Source of the DNA: a virus
Direction: 5' to 3' (one strand)
Virus record (IMG/VR): IMGVR_UViG_3300006919_000045
Location: 8,515 to 72,514 of that record
Length of the DNA: 64,000 nt
The position numbers were made by a program, and so were the translations under genes. The notes beneath the pieces were generated by a model. The model made no database searches. It saw only the letters and a list, made by a program, of their open reading frames with translations, and was not told the origin of the DNA. Positions within the stretch are counted from its first letter, which is position 1, and the number at the start of each line of letters is the position of its first letter. Shown here piece by piece: positions 29,518 through 38,760 of the stretch.

Positions 29518-29887
29518 GCTTTTCTCTTTGAATGTCTACCCAGCGCATTTGTTTTGTCGCTGTTCCTAGTCCAGGATTTCTTCCATAAACTTTATGTAAT
29601 TCCATGTGGTGTGCATGACAGATAGTAACGGTATGGTCATAGAGTTCTGCCCAGTTATCTTCTATAAATTCATCTCTCCAAATGACAATATACTCATTAG
29701 TATAATGTTCTGGACGTTCTTTTGTTTTTACTTTTAGCCACTGTCTAAGTAGGGGAGCTAAAGAATAAAAATGATGAAAATCTAACTGAGAGTCCGTTCC
29801 GCAGATGTAACATTCACTTTCTTTTTCGTATTTTGATTTCGCTCGATCCCTTATGTATTTCACTGGATCTCTTTTGAGCTTTTTCAT
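29504..29887 (-). CDS. HNH (nicking) endonuclease associated with packaging
   Basis: CYICG...LDFHH...TICHAHHMELH; between TerL and portal as in T5; start moved to ATG 29887 because the upstream TTG is a -35 box. Confidence 0.8.
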   Translation of the reverse strand: MKKLKRDPVKYIRDRAKSKYEKESECYICGTDSQLDFHHFYSLAPLLRQWLKVKTKERPEHYTNEYIVIWRDEFIEDNWAELYDHTVTICHAHHMELHKVYGRNPGLGTATKQMRWVDIQREKHGMV

Positions 29888-29894
29888 ACTTTGC

Positions 29895-29923
29895 ATTATA
29901 GCCTCTGTAAGATAAATTGTCAA
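29895..29923 (-). promoter_or_regulatory. sigma70 promoter, likely leaderless mRNA
   Basis: TTGACA-17-TATAAT then 7 nt to ATG. Confidence 0.75.
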
Positions 29924-29945
29924 ACATTATTTTTCTGAGGTATTA

Positions 29946-31250
29946 CTAAAAGCCGGTCTGCGATGTCTCAAATGAATACAGTGCGTATCGCAAAGCGTCA
30001 GCCATGTGAGATGCCATATTATGCCTGGGTTTCTCCCTAGCTAAATTTGGATTTGAGTCCCATTGATACTGATCAAGGCAAGAAAGTACTTGATCGGATC
30101 GTTGATCGACTAGTAGCTTATCGTTATCAACTATAGCGGCTACGTGTGCGATTCCATCTAAAACTGACTTTTTTGCATTTATAGTAGAAATATCGTAATT
30201 CTGTGCGAAGTCAAATCGAGTTTGTTGTGCGGCGGAATCTATATAAATATAATCAATTTCCCACTTATCGATCATTTCTTGTATTTTAGCGGCATGTTGT
30301 TCCGTTGTTTTTTCAGCATCCATGTACTCATCAAGTACATGATACACTTGCTCATCCCAATCATATGCAATTACACAAAAAGCAGTAGGGTCTCGATAAC
30401 CTACATCAAGCCCTGCAAATACATCCATACCGCTGGTATCCAACGCTTCGTTATTAGCTATACATATTTCGTGGTTGAAGTTCCAAATCTGACCTTCGTA
30501 AGTATTAAAGTCTGCTTCATACTCTTGTCTGAATTCAGCATCTGACATACTTTTTCTTGCTTCGGCAATATCAGTCTCGGACATTCGTGGGTTGTCTATA
30601 TAAGTTGCACGAATTGAGCACCACTCGGAAAATTCATCGTTAAATCCTCTATCAAAAAACTCTGCAAACCAGTTGTTCCTGCCGCGAGGCGTCGAGATAA
30701 AGATAGCTTTTGAGTTATCCTTATCAAGAGTAGGTCGAAGTGCTACGTTAAATGCGTCACGCCCGTCTGCCAACGCCGCTTCGTCAAAGATAATTAAATC
30801 GTAGCTTCTACCTACACAGGAATCAACTTGGTTTACTGAGCCCATTCTTACTGTCGATCCATTACTCAGTTCGATAACTTTATCCTTTGCGTTATCTTTT
30901 ACAACTTCCAAGTCAAAATGTTTTATTAAGTTCCTTTGAAGATCAAAAGAAATCTGAGACAACGCATAGTTAGGAGACATTATAAGAATGTTTGAATTCG
31001 GAACTAGGGAGACTAGTTGGCCGATAATGTTTGCGATATAGGTTTTACCCTGTCGGCGTGATACTGCCGCGCAAACAAAGCGATATTTATTATTATTTAT
31101 CGCATTGATAATTGCTACCTGGGACGGTAGTGGAGTTATGCCGAGCAGCTCTAAATAAGGCTCTACTGGCAGCTTGAGGAAGCGTGTCTCAGATTGTAAA
31201 TCGAGCAGAGATTCCCATACTATATCGGCTCTGCTTATTTGTACTGTCAT
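29946..31250 (-). CDS. terL: Terminase large subunit
   Basis: Walker A SRRQGKT, Walker B IIFDEAA, ISTPRG, nuclease GLDVG and HMADALRY. Confidence 0.95.
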   Translation of the reverse strand: MTVQISRADIVWESLLDLQSETRFLKLPVEPYLELLGITPLPSQVAIINAINNNKYRFVCAAVSRRQGKTYIANIIGQLVSLVPNSNILIMSPNYALSQISFDLQRNLIKHFDLEVVKDNAKDKVIELSNGSTVRMGSVNQVDSCVGRSYDLIIFDEAALADGRDAFNVALRPTLDKDNSKAIFISTPRGRNNWFAEFFDRGFNDEFSEWCSIRATYIDNPRMSETDIAEARKSMSDAEFRQEYEADFNTYEGQIWNFNHEICIANNEALDTSGMDVFAGLDVGYRDPTAFCVIAYDWDEQVYHVLDEYMDAEKTTEQHAAKIQEMIDKWEIDYIYIDSAAQQTRFDFAQNYDISTINAKKSVLDGIAHVAAIVDNDKLLVDQRSDQVLSCLDQYQWDSNPNLAREKPRHNMASHMADALRYALYSFETSQTGF

Positions 31251-31253
31251 AAT

Positions 31254-31625
31254 TTACTGCTCTACTTTTGTTGCATCTCGATAGTAGATAATTATTTCTT
31301 TCTGCTGGCGTATATACCTACGAAGTTCTTGCAAGTTAAACGCCATATTTTCATAGTCTTGGGGAGTCATTCCAAATATAACAAATGTTCCGCCTTGCAT
31401 TTTACCGATACGAGCAATCTGCTCTTCAAGATTTTTTTCCGTGACTACAAAAAATTCTACATCCTGCAAATCTATTTTTCTAGGGAGTTGAGGCTGATAG
31501 ATCTCCAGTGTTTTATATTCAGTTACAGTTTTTATGACCGGCTCGGGGGTTGGTAGAGGGTCACTTTTCATAAAAGAACAACCAGATAAAAATAGTATAA
31601 TTAAAAAACTAGTTGCTGTCCGCAT
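31254..31625 (-). CDS. Outer-membrane spanin (lipoprotein)
   Basis: Lipobox FLSGC, Pro-rich segment, overlaps upstream coiled-coil membrane gene. Confidence 0.7.
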   Translation of the reverse strand: MRTATSFLIILFLSGCSFMKSDPLPTPEPVIKTVTEYKTLEIYQPQLPRKIDLQDVEFFVVTEKNLEEQIARIGKMQGGTFVIFGMTPQDYENMAFNLQELRRYIRQQKEIIIYYRDATKVEQ

Positions 31626-32031
31626 TTTCCACCTCTTCACTATCTTTTTCTATCTGTTCAAAAACTTTTTTTGTGCCGTTATTGATTCGAGGCTCAATAA
31701 GCCCGGGCTTTACTCGGGCCAACTTAGTAAGATCATGCCTTTTGAAGATAGACAAGTAGTCATCCATCTCTGCCTGCATTTCGTTGTTTGCTTCAGTAAG
31801 TTTTCCAACGGCTTCTAATTGTACTCTTAAATTATTTTCTGCTTGTTCTCTTGAAGCGGTTTCTGTTTCCAAAGCTGTTTCTAGCTTTGTTGTATTTTCT
31901 TTTAAGATTACATTATTTGCTTCAAGCTGTGCGATTGTTGCTTCTGCTTTACTTACGGTTGTAGTATGATATGCGTATGCACCTCCAGCTACAACTAACA
32001 TAAGTGGCATAGCTTTTATTAGTCCTAACAT
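31609..32031 (-). CDS. Inner-membrane spanin
   Basis: N-terminal TM helix plus periplasmic coiled coil. Confidence 0.7.
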   Translation of the reverse strand: MLGLIKAMPLMLVVAGGAYAYHTTTVSKAEATIAQLEANNVILKENTTKLETALETETASREQAENNLRVQLEAVGKLTEANNEMQAEMDDYLSIFKRHDLTKLARVKPGLIEPRINNGTKKVFEQIEKDSEEVENADSN

Positions 32032-32330
32032 TAGTATATTTTCCTTAAATCATAGCCAACAGGATTTACAACTTTTATTTCATGCTTTACTCCGAGCAGA
32101 TCTACAAAAATGATATGAGTAGTAGAAATCTTTTTTATTTCTTTTGCTCGATAAGTTTTAGGATCGCCACTTTCTATTCGTGATCCATCCTCTAAAAATT
32201 TTACATCTCCGGGAAAGAAAACAGTAAGCTCCCACTCTTCCCGTATAAGTGTACGCCACCAGTGTTTAATTTTTGGCCAGATGCCAACAGTTACTAATTC
32301 TTCTTCTTGTTTTTGTTCAATCTTAGTCAT
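32031..32330 (-). CDS. Hypothetical protein
   Basis: Translationally coupled ORF (MTKIEQKQEEE...). Confidence 0.6.
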   Translation of the reverse strand: MTKIEQKQEEELVTVGIWPKIKHWWRTLIREEWELTVFFPGDVKFLEDGSRIESGDPKTYRAKEIKKISTTHIIFVDLLGVKHEIKVVNPVGYDLRKIY

Positions 32331-32880
32331 TTTTCCTATGCCTATTCCAAGCAACGAATCCAAATAATCGTAAAGACCAGAAAGCTAAGTAATTTAAAAC
32401 TTTAAATCCATTCTGTTCTATACAAATATCTCGAAAAATTATATCCATCTCTTTCTGTGTTTTAGGCACTTCGCCTTTTTCACATTTTACCAACTCAGCG
32501 TACTTATACCCATAATCGTGAACAAGCCCGCCCATAAGCAAGACTCCAACGGGCGAAAGCCACATTGCAAGAAACTTAGGTACTGATGCACCATCAAATT
32601 CAAAACCTTTTTCAATAACATACTCTTCTCCATCTAGAAAATAATACCAATTTTCTATTAGCTCCCAGCGTCGAGTTCCTGTTAGCCATAACCAAATTGC
32701 TTTCCAGAAACCTTTATCTGCTGTGCAAATTTTTATAGGTTTTAACATGGGCATTTCTACATACTCGAAACCAATACGATCTTCTCCTTGCCCATCAAAT
32801 ATGCTAATAACAAAAGCTACTAAAATAATGGCAGCCACAACTACTGGCTGCCAGAACGTTACCATCAGATCAAGAATCAC
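32323..32880 (-). CDS. DUF1353-like membrane-anchored protein
   Basis: GFEFDGASVP...VHDYGY...D.IF motif. Confidence 0.75.
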   Translation of the reverse strand: MILDLMVTFWQPVVVAAIILVAFVISIFDGQGEDRIGFEYVEMPMLKPIKICTADKGFWKAIWLWLTGTRRWELIENWYYFLDGEEYVIEKGFEFDGASVPKFLAMWLSPVGVLLMGGLVHDYGYKYAELVKCEKGEVPKTQKEMDIIFRDICIEQNGFKVLNYLAFWSLRLFGFVAWNRHRKND

Positions 32881-33212
32881 TTTTTACTCCAAGCAGTAGC
32901 TCCGAAGAATGCTGCAACAAGACCCGCTACAGCCACAAAATAGGTCGGGGCCATGTCTCCAAGGACATCAGCGGCATGCTCATATCCGGCAACTTGAGCA
33001 CCAACAACAGCGAAAGGATATACCAACATGCCAAGCAAAGCAAACCAAGCCATGTTTCTTTGGGCATCTCGCATTGCGTCGGCATCTTCTAACTCCCTTC
33101 GTCGAAACTCTAGTTCCATTTCGTATTCTTCTTTTGACAAATGACCATCGCCATTTAGGTCCATTCTTTTAACAACTTCTTTATCCGCTGTTACTACTTC
33201 TTCATCTGCCAT
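32877..33212 (-). CDS. Holin-like membrane protein with EF-hand-like loop
   Basis: DLNGDGHLSKEE followed by two TM segments; near spanins. Confidence 0.5.
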   Translation of the reverse strand: MADEEVVTADKEVVKRMDLNGDGHLSKEEYEMELEFRRRELEDADAMRDAQRNMAWFALLGMLVYPFAVVGAQVAGYEHAADVLGDMAPTYFVAVAGLVAAFFGATAWSKK

Positions 33213-33221
33213 GGTATATCT

Positions 33222-33623
33222 CTATGGAGAGCAGACACTCCCCTCTTCGGATGAGTCGAAATTAGTATCTCCACATCCATATTTTCCATCATTATCAGTA
33301 TCACAATGCCGATTCCATGCAATCATGTCAAATGTAAGTCCTTCGCTCCAAGGAACATAGGCTTTACACCATTCATGAGACCCAACCTGAAAAGGGTCTT
33401 GTGGTTCGGGTACGTAGTCTCTAGATGTCCAAGGTTTTTGAGCAGTAAAGAAAGTATCTTTATTACTCATAACCCTTCTTTTAAAAAGAGTACTAGACTT
33501 AGGACTGATATAGATTTCTTGCCCTTCCTTAAGCGTGTATGTTGATCCATCATCGTAGTTGATAACGGTTTCTGCTGCTACAGTTGTTGATACAATAGCT
33601 AGCAGTGCCAACAAATATTTCAT
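33222..33623 (-). CDS. Secreted Cys-containing hypothetical protein
   Basis: Signal peptide MKYLLALLAIVSTTVAA. Confidence 0.6.
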   Translation of the reverse strand: MKYLLALLAIVSTTVAAETVINYDDGSTYTLKEGQEIYISPKSSTLFKRRVMSNKDTFFTAQKPWTSRDYVPEPQDPFQVGSHEWCKAYVPWSEGLTFDMIAWNRHCDTDNDGKYGCGDTNFDSSEEGSVCSP

Positions 33624-33631
33624 AATACCTC

Positions 33632-33937
33632 CTACCATTTTACTTTATCGGCCCAGTAGGCAGCGCTCATTTTACCTCGAGCAATATTCCTACGGTGCCG
33701 GGCTTTAAAAGAAGCGCGTTTTTTCTTCATGCGCTCACTTTCCCCTTTTTTCGGCTTCCCTGCAGTTTTTGCTCCTTGCTGACCAAAACGAATAGTCTTG
33801 GTCTTGTTTCCTACTTTGGCCACAACAATATGTGACTTTTTCGGATGGCTTGGAGTACGTTTAGGTTTATTATACCCTGATACTCCCGCCCTCTTTAATC
33901 TTGAATCTTTCTTTTTACTTTTTCTTTTTGCGGCCAC
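33632..33937 (-). CDS. Highly basic small protein
   Basis: K/R-rich; IRFGQQG and SAAYWADKVKW motifs. Confidence 0.7.
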   Translation of the reverse strand: MAAKRKSKKKDSRLKRAGVSGYNKPKRTPSHPKKSHIVVAKVGNKTKTIRFGQQGAKTAGKPKKGESERMKKKRASFKARHRRNIARGKMSAAYWADKVKW

Positions 33938-34136
33938 TTGTTTTCTTCTTGCCTAATTCTACTCTTCGTTTAATTAGGGATCGAGGTACAGTTTTACCTT
34001 CTTTATAAAGTTTTGAAATCTTTTTTATAAGACCGGCAAGCTCTGATCGTCGAGATCCTTTTGTGCCGCTAAGATACTTTTTAGGTATACGAGTCTTTTT
34101 ATCTTTTGCGGGACCTCTCTTCTTTCGCTTCCTCAT
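33915..34136 (-). CDS. Highly basic small protein
   Basis: K/R-rich, IPKKYLSG motif, coupled to neighbours. Confidence 0.6.
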   Translation of the reverse strand: MRKRKKRGPAKDKKTRIPKKYLSGTKGSRRSELAGLIKKISKLYKEGKTVPRSLIKRRVELGKKKTSGRKKKK

Positions 34137-34327
34137 ACAATATAATCTAAGTAACGGACATTAGTGCTTACAGCTACTTTCCCGTTCCTGTCATAAGTAA
34201 TGACATTATAAATAGTATCTGTAACTTTGTACCTAGTCTCTGACATTTTTGTCACAGATTGCGTAAGATATTCTTTTTGAGTAGTGCGAGGAACTGAACT
34301 TGGGGCTGCTACAGAGTCTCCGGCCAT
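34133..34327 (-). CDS. Hypothetical protein
   Basis: ATG 34327 (MAGDSVAAPSS), coupled to neighbours. Confidence 0.5.
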   Translation of the reverse strand: MAGDSVAAPSSVPRTTQKEYLTQSVTKMSETRYKVTDTIYNVITYDRNGKVAVSTNVRYLDYIV

Positions 34328-34328
34328 T

Positions 34329-34634
34329 CTACTTCTTCTTACGCTTCTTGGCTCCACGCTTAATATCATTATCTTGCGAGTGTCCTCCTCGAATAAATGA
34401 GTTTACACGACCCATTGCCCATCCGGCCATTCCTACTCCTGCCCTAGAGCCAGAAGAAAGGAAAGCTCCTTGACCTCTACGATATACTTTTGCAAGTTGT
34501 CCATAGGTAAATCGAGTCTTTTTTGCCTTTGTCCTCAAAGTTTTTTGGGTTGTGGCACTAAGAGGTTTTGCTGCTCTTTTTCGCTTAGGGGCAGCTTTCC
34601 TTTTTTTAGTAGCCTTTTTTCGCTTTGCTGCCAC
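34329..34634 (-). CDS. Highly basic small protein (DUF5824-like)
   Basis: VYRRGQGAFLSSGSR...WAMGRVNSF motif with histone-like N-terminal tail. Confidence 0.7.
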   Translation of the reverse strand: MAAKRKKATKKRKAAPKRKRAAKPLSATTQKTLRTKAKKTRFTYGQLAKVYRRGQGAFLSSGSRAGVGMAGWAMGRVNSFIRGGHSQDNDIKRGAKKRKKK

Positions 34635-34794
34635 GTCGCTTTCTCCTCAGCGCTCTTTCGTACGCTGCATGGGATCTTCCCGGCATATAAATTTTTTTCT
34701 TTCCCTTTCCGTGCGAATGTACACCGCGCAACCCAAGTTTCCTTGCTCGACGTCGCGCAGCTATTTTTGTTGAGTATCTATTTCGCCGTCTCAT
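34606..34794 (-). CDS. Highly basic small protein
   Basis: R/K-rich; GVHSH...YMPG.SH motif. Confidence 0.6.
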   Translation of the reverse strand: MRRRNRYSTKIAARRRARKLGLRGVHSHGKGKKKIYMPGRSHAAYERALRRKRRGSKAKKGY

Positions 34795-34882
34795 TTGTCA
34801 TTTAAGTCTACTAAGAGCGACCCCCACTTAGTCCATGCAATATGAGCAACCCAACCTATAACACAGCCAATTAGTACGTCAA

Positions 34883-35035
34883 TCATTTTTTGCCTCGCTT
34901 CTTCTTTTTAAGAATTACTGCTCTTAAAGCAGGCGGCAATTTTTTCTGCTTGGCTGTCAATCCACCCATTGACTTTTTCTTCTTACCATTCTTTTTCTTC
35001 TTTTTCTTCTTGCCGTTACCATACCCGTAAGCCAT
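34883..35035 (-). CDS. Lys-rich 50-aa protein
   Basis: MAYGYGNGKKKKKKKNGKKKKSMGGLTAKQKKLPPALRAVILKKKKRGKK read from sequence. Confidence 0.6.
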   Translation of the reverse strand: MAYGYGNGKKKKKKKNGKKKKSMGGLTAKQKKLPPALRAVILKKKKRGKK

Positions 35036-35058
35036 CTTATTTCTCTGCGCTTTCGCGT

Positions 35059-35268
35059 CTAAGGAAGATATGAATAATTATCCTTCCAGTGTTGTACTTC
35101 ATCAAAATAACAATTGTGTTGCTGACTCTTTACCCAGCACAGCTCTTGAATGATGCGGTTGTACCACTGCTTATCATATTCATCGTGAGCTTTTTCCATA
35201 TCTTGTTTAAGTTGGGCAATTCTCACATTGACATACTTTTCTAAGTCTTTTTCTCGGCCTCGTCTCAT
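35059..35268 (-). CDS. Hypothetical protein
   Basis: Coupled ORF, WYNRIIQEL motif. Confidence 0.6.
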   Translation of the reverse strand: MRRGREKDLEKYVNVRIAQLKQDMEKAHDEYDKQWYNRIIQELCWVKSQQHNCYFDEVQHWKDNYSYLP

Positions 35269-35471
35269 TACATTACCTGCGCTACTATTAATCCTAGTAA
35301 AAACATTATGATTATACCAGAGGCTCCAATAATTCTACTTTCCATTCGCTGTAGCGTACTCTCTACGTCTTCGATGCGAGCAAAGATAGTTTTCCATCTT
35401 TCTTCACATTGAATTGCGTGTACTTGGAGCTCATTCTCAATATGGTTAACTTGCTTTTCTAATTCATTCAT
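35268..35471 (-). CDS. Coiled-coil + C-terminal TM protein (XhlA-like holin candidate)
   Basis: HAIQCEERW coiled coil then one TM helix. Confidence 0.5.
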   Translation of the reverse strand: MNELEKQVNHIENELQVHAIQCEERWKTIFARIEDVESTLQRMESRIIGASGIIIMFLLGLIVAQVM

Positions 35472-35893
35472 TTTAGTATAGTCAGTACAAGAAATAAAGT
35501 AGGCACAAAAATAACTAAACCACAAATAGCATAAAAGCAATATAGCAGCGTTTGCATTAACTCTGCTCTTGCTTGTCTAGCTTCTCTTTCCGCTTTCTCT
35601 CGTTCTTCCTTGGCTTGTTTTTGAAAAGCTAGCCAATCATCCCACATACCTGGGCGGCCTGCCCAGATCATTTGTTGTTTTAAGTGCTCCTCCATTTCCT
35701 TGATTTTCTCAAGTTCCATGAAGGCTTCCATATCGCTTTTGTATCCGTTCTTATTTGACTTTTTCTGTAAAGAAGTTTTGCTGTCAAAAAATTGTGCGGC
35801 AACAGAAGCCACATCGTACAACTCTTTTCCATTGCCGATAGCTTCTTTAAGCACACCAAAAGCTGCGTTTGCAATCGCAATTTCTGCGAGCAT
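35468..35893 (-). CDS. Membrane-anchored hypothetical protein
   Basis: Coiled coil plus C-terminal TM helix. Confidence 0.6.
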   Translation of the reverse strand: MLAEIAIANAAFGVLKEAIGNGKELYDVASVAAQFFDSKTSLQKKSNKNGYKSDMEAFMELEKIKEMEEHLKQQMIWAGRPGMWDDWLAFQKQAKEEREKAEREARQARAELMQTLLYCFYAICGLVIFVPTLFLVLTILK

Positions 35894-35903
35894 TACTCTA
35901 TCT

Positions 35904-36368
35904 CTAGGATTTATCCTCCTTGAGAAGCTTTTCCATCAGCTTTCCATAGTTACCTTGGCCGAAGGGTAGACTCTCATTTATTTGTACGTTATTTTGAGTT
36001 TTTATGTTTGTAGTTTCAGCTTTTACTAGGTCTGCTTGTGCTTTAATTTCATCCATTCGCATCTTGTGAGCCATCTGAAGTAAGTCGGCCAAGTCCTTAT
36101 TTGAGTACACTCCACTTTCCTGAGCTTCTTCTAGTTTGCTGGCGATCATTTCGTCGAGGACGGAAGCGATATTGTTTTTATTACGATATCCCATGTCTAA
36201 ATACACAGTGTCGATATACTTTTTAACTTCTCGTTTATTTAAAAGTTCGACTACTTTGTTTTCAGGCACTTGTAAATAATCACACACTGCTCGTATGTTC
36301 CCATACTGCAGATAGCAATTCGCTACTTCCAATCCTTCTGGAGATATTGGAGTTATTTCTTTACCCAT
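35904..36368 (-). CDS. terS: Terminase small subunit
   Basis: ISPEGLEVANCYLQYG and NYGKLMEKLL as in T5-like TerS; GGAGG RBS. Confidence 0.85.
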   Translation of the reverse strand: MGKEITPISPEGLEVANCYLQYGNIRAVCDYLQVPENKVVELLNKREVKKYIDTVYLDMGYRNKNNIASVLDEMIASKLEEAQESGVYSNKDLADLLQMAHKMRMDEIKAQADLVKAETTNIKTQNNVQINESLPFGQGNYGKLMEKLLKEDKS

Positions 36369-36396
36369 ATCTCTCAATTCCTCCTATTTCTGTGAA

Positions 36397-36425
36397 ATTA
36401 TAATATGTAAGTTGTGGAAAGTCAA
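36397..36425 (-). promoter_or_regulatory. sigma70 promoter of late operon
   Basis: TTGACT-17-TATAAT. Confidence 0.7.
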
Positions 36426-36437
36426 GGTTTATTTTTC

Positions 36438-37034
36438 TCACCCCCACTGCAAAGCCATAGCTGCAGCGATTCCAAAAAATGTTACTGATCGTTCTTTGCC
36501 CTGGCCACCACCAAATTTATCATACCCCGTATCGCCTTGGTTACTCCAACGGGGCTTATCATTTACATATCTAGGTTCAATATATTCTGTGGGCTTTAAG
36601 TGAGGCAGCCCTTTTAACCATAGTCCTGTTTTCTTTGATGCATCCTCTCCAAAGTCGTAGGGTTGTACATACTGAGGTTTTGGCATAAAATCTAATCGAG
36701 TGTTAATACACCCTACGGGGTTTTCTATGCACATCTTTTCTACTGGGGCTTCCCAGAGTTGTGTGATAAATCTAAGTGCTTCTTCTGTCTTTTCAGCTCT
36801 GCCTTCAATTTTGTTATTCCAATGTAGTCCAGAAGCAGCCAGATAAGTGCAAGGAGGGTGCAGAATAACAAGGTCCCATACGCCACCATTATATAGTGCG
36901 TCAAGTACATCTCCTTGTATATGCGGACCCCGCGCCTCTGTTGGAAGTAAGTCGCAGGAAATCGCATCATGTCCCATTGCTAGGAAACAATCTCGTACAG
37001 TACCACTAAATTCGCATCCAACTAATATTCTCAT
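36438..37034 (-). CDS. DNA (cytosine-5) methyltransferase, short phage type
   Basis: SAM-binding start, catalytic HPPC, ENP motif. Confidence 0.8.
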   Translation of the reverse strand: MRILVGCEFSGTVRDCFLAMGHDAISCDLLPTEARGPHIQGDVLDALYNGGVWDLVILHPPCTYLAASGLHWNNKIEGRAEKTEEALRFITQLWEAPVEKMCIENPVGCINTRLDFMPKPQYVQPYDFGEDASKKTGLWLKGLPHLKPTEYIEPRYVNDKPRWSNQGDTGYDKFGGGQGKERSVTFFGIAAAMALQWG

Positions 37035-37041
37035 GCCAAGA

Positions 37042-37071
37042 ATTATATCGCGAAAGGAGCTTCCTTGTCAA
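37042..37071 (-). promoter_or_regulatory. sigma70 promoter, likely leaderless mRNA
   Basis: TTGACA-18-TATAAT then 7 nt to ATG. Confidence 0.7.
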
Positions 37072-37092
37072 GCGTTATTTTTCTTAGGTTTG

Positions 37093-37114
37093 AAAAAAGG
37101 GGCCGTAGCCCCTT
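37093..37114 (-). terminator. Intrinsic terminator
   Basis: AAGGGGC-TACG-GCCCCTTTTTT on the minus strand. Confidence 0.8.
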
Positions 37115-37135
37115 AAAAATATACTATACTAGAGT

Positions 37136-38056
37136 TTAACTTCCCAGTGTATGTATCCCTATTATAATTCCCATTGAGGCGGCTACACCTACCATGAGTT
37201 TTCCAAAGTCTTTTGCAATTATTGGCATTGACTTTTCCATTGCTCCGATTGCAAGCTCTCTACCACTAAGAAGTCCAATAAATACCCAAGTTGTTGACAT
37301 TGGAATACTATTATACTCCTTAAAGTACCAAAGAATAATTAAATAGATAAGATCAATTAGAGTTGCAGATTTTACATAGCTTGTTCCGGTTTTGGATACA
37401 ACAACATCTTGTATCTTTCCTCCTCTTTCGTAAAACATCCAACCCATTCCCGCCACAAATAAGGCACTAATACCTACGAGAATAAGTGCGGGGATTTCTC
37501 TAGGAAGAAATACTGCCATGTTTGCCATATCATGACTTAACCATGTCCACCACAACCAACCTGTTACAGTCCATTGCGCAATTCTCCAGTTTTTCTCTGA
37601 GCCTCTTATTTCTATATTTGAAAGAGCTTTTGTAACAAATGTCCAAATTACAAAGGCACTAGCAAAAGCAACTCCGTATCCTGCAAAAGATTTTATAAGC
37701 ATCTTTTCCAAAATAAAAGTTGAAGCAAAGGCACTGAGAACAAGAAAAGAAGTACTTACAGGCACTCCAAATCTTGTTAAAGCAAGAAGAACTGCGGGAG
37801 CGGCAGCGTGATACCACTGCGGTTCTATGTAAGGTATTTTATCTAGTCTACCATAGGAAATATCCCCATGCACTCCAAATCCATACCAGATGGCAAAAAG
37901 AAGTACACTACTTGCAGCGCCCCAAAGAATTTTCCAATCTATTTCTTTATTGGAAGCCATCCAAGTGCCGAGAGTTTGAATACTATCATTTGCGATTACT
38001 GTGTAACTTGCTAAGCTGAAACCTAGCACAGTCCACAAAAGTGTCATCATATCCAT
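37136..38056 (-). CDS. PiT/PHO4-family-like inorganic phosphate transporter
   Basis: Multi-TM; duplicated signatures IANDSIQTLG / SHDMANMA and PVSTS / PMSTT. Confidence 0.75.
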   Translation of the reverse strand: MDMMTLLWTVLGFSLASYTVIANDSIQTLGTWMASNKEIDWKILWGAASSVLLFAIWYGFGVHGDISYGRLDKIPYIEPQWYHAAAPAVLLALTRFGVPVSTSFLVLSAFASTFILEKMLIKSFAGYGVAFASAFVIWTFVTKALSNIEIRGSEKNWRIAQWTVTGWLWWTWLSHDMANMAVFLPREIPALILVGISALFVAGMGWMFYERGGKIQDVVVSKTGTSYVKSATLIDLIYLIILWYFKEYNSIPMSTTWVFIGLLSGRELAIGAMEKSMPIIAKDFGKLMVGVAASMGIIIGIHTLGS

Positions 38057-38601
38057 TATAATTTAGCCTCCCAGTGTATTCCTGTCACTGTAATTTTTCT
38101 AGCGTATCCCTCTGTAGATTTACGCTCTATAAAAGGAGTGACTTTCCAATTCTTTTCTTTATAAGTTATCCCGAGCTGGTCGCGAGCATCAAACTTTGTA
38201 CCAGAATCCTTAAAGCTCCAGCGGGGTTGCCACTTTGCGTAAAGATAAAAAGGTCCGTAAAGGTGAGGAGTGTATTCTGCAATAAAGCGATATCTCCAGT
38301 GCGACTCCTTGTTGTTAAAGTGGCGATACTCCATACGGCCTTCAAAAACTAAGTCTTTATATGAAAAAAATTCTCCCGTGAATTTTATGCGATTCTCCTG
38401 CGTAAGTCTTAAATCTGCGTAACGATACATGATTTCGATAGGCCCTATTTTATTTCCGATTTCGATATGTTTTCCCCCTTCACGGTGACGAAAAGTATAC
38501 TCCCAGTCGTTTTTCTTTAATTTATAATTATATTCTTGTTGATCGGACGCTATCACAGCGGTCGGCATTGCTAAAACTAACGCTAAAAATAAATAACGCA
38601 T
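38056..38601 (-). CDS. Outer-membrane beta-barrel (porin-like) protein
   Basis: Signal peptide, alternating aromatic/polar beta strands, Arg-rich; co-transcribed with transporter. Confidence 0.6.
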   Translation of the reverse strand: MRYLFLALVLAMPTAVIASDQQEYNYKLKKNDWEYTFRHREGGKHIEIGNKIGPIEIMYRYADLRLTQENRIKFTGEFFSYKDLVFEGRMEYRHFNNKESHWRYRFIAEYTPHLYGPFYLYAKWQPRWSFKDSGTKFDARDQLGITYKEKNWKVTPFIERKSTEGYARKITVTGIHWEAKL

Positions 38602-38645
38602 AATGCTCTCCTTTCTAACCTTGTGGAATTCTTACCACAGAATAT

Positions 38646-38679
38646 ATTATACCACAAGATTGTTACAATTTTATGAAAA
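38646..38679 (-). promoter_or_regulatory. Pho-box promoter
   Basis: Minus strand TTTTCAT-AAAA-TTGTAAC exactly 10 nt upstream of TATAAT, replacing the -35. Confidence 0.7.
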
Positions 38680-38741
38680 CACCAAAACAACTTTTCTCAA
38701 TTTTTCCAAAGTTGTACGTGTGGGGGTGCGTGGCGCGGCTA

Positions 38742-38760
38742 GATGAGAATGAGTCTCATT
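38742..38760. promoter_or_regulatory. Fur-box-like palindrome
   Basis: GATGAGAATGAGTCTCATT; 13/14 match to the TGAGAAT-N-ATTCTCA form. Confidence 0.55.

Noticed and set aside
372-38352. Many plus-strand ORFs opposite the late genes
   Set aside because: Antisense shadows of long minus-strand genes without RBS or motifs
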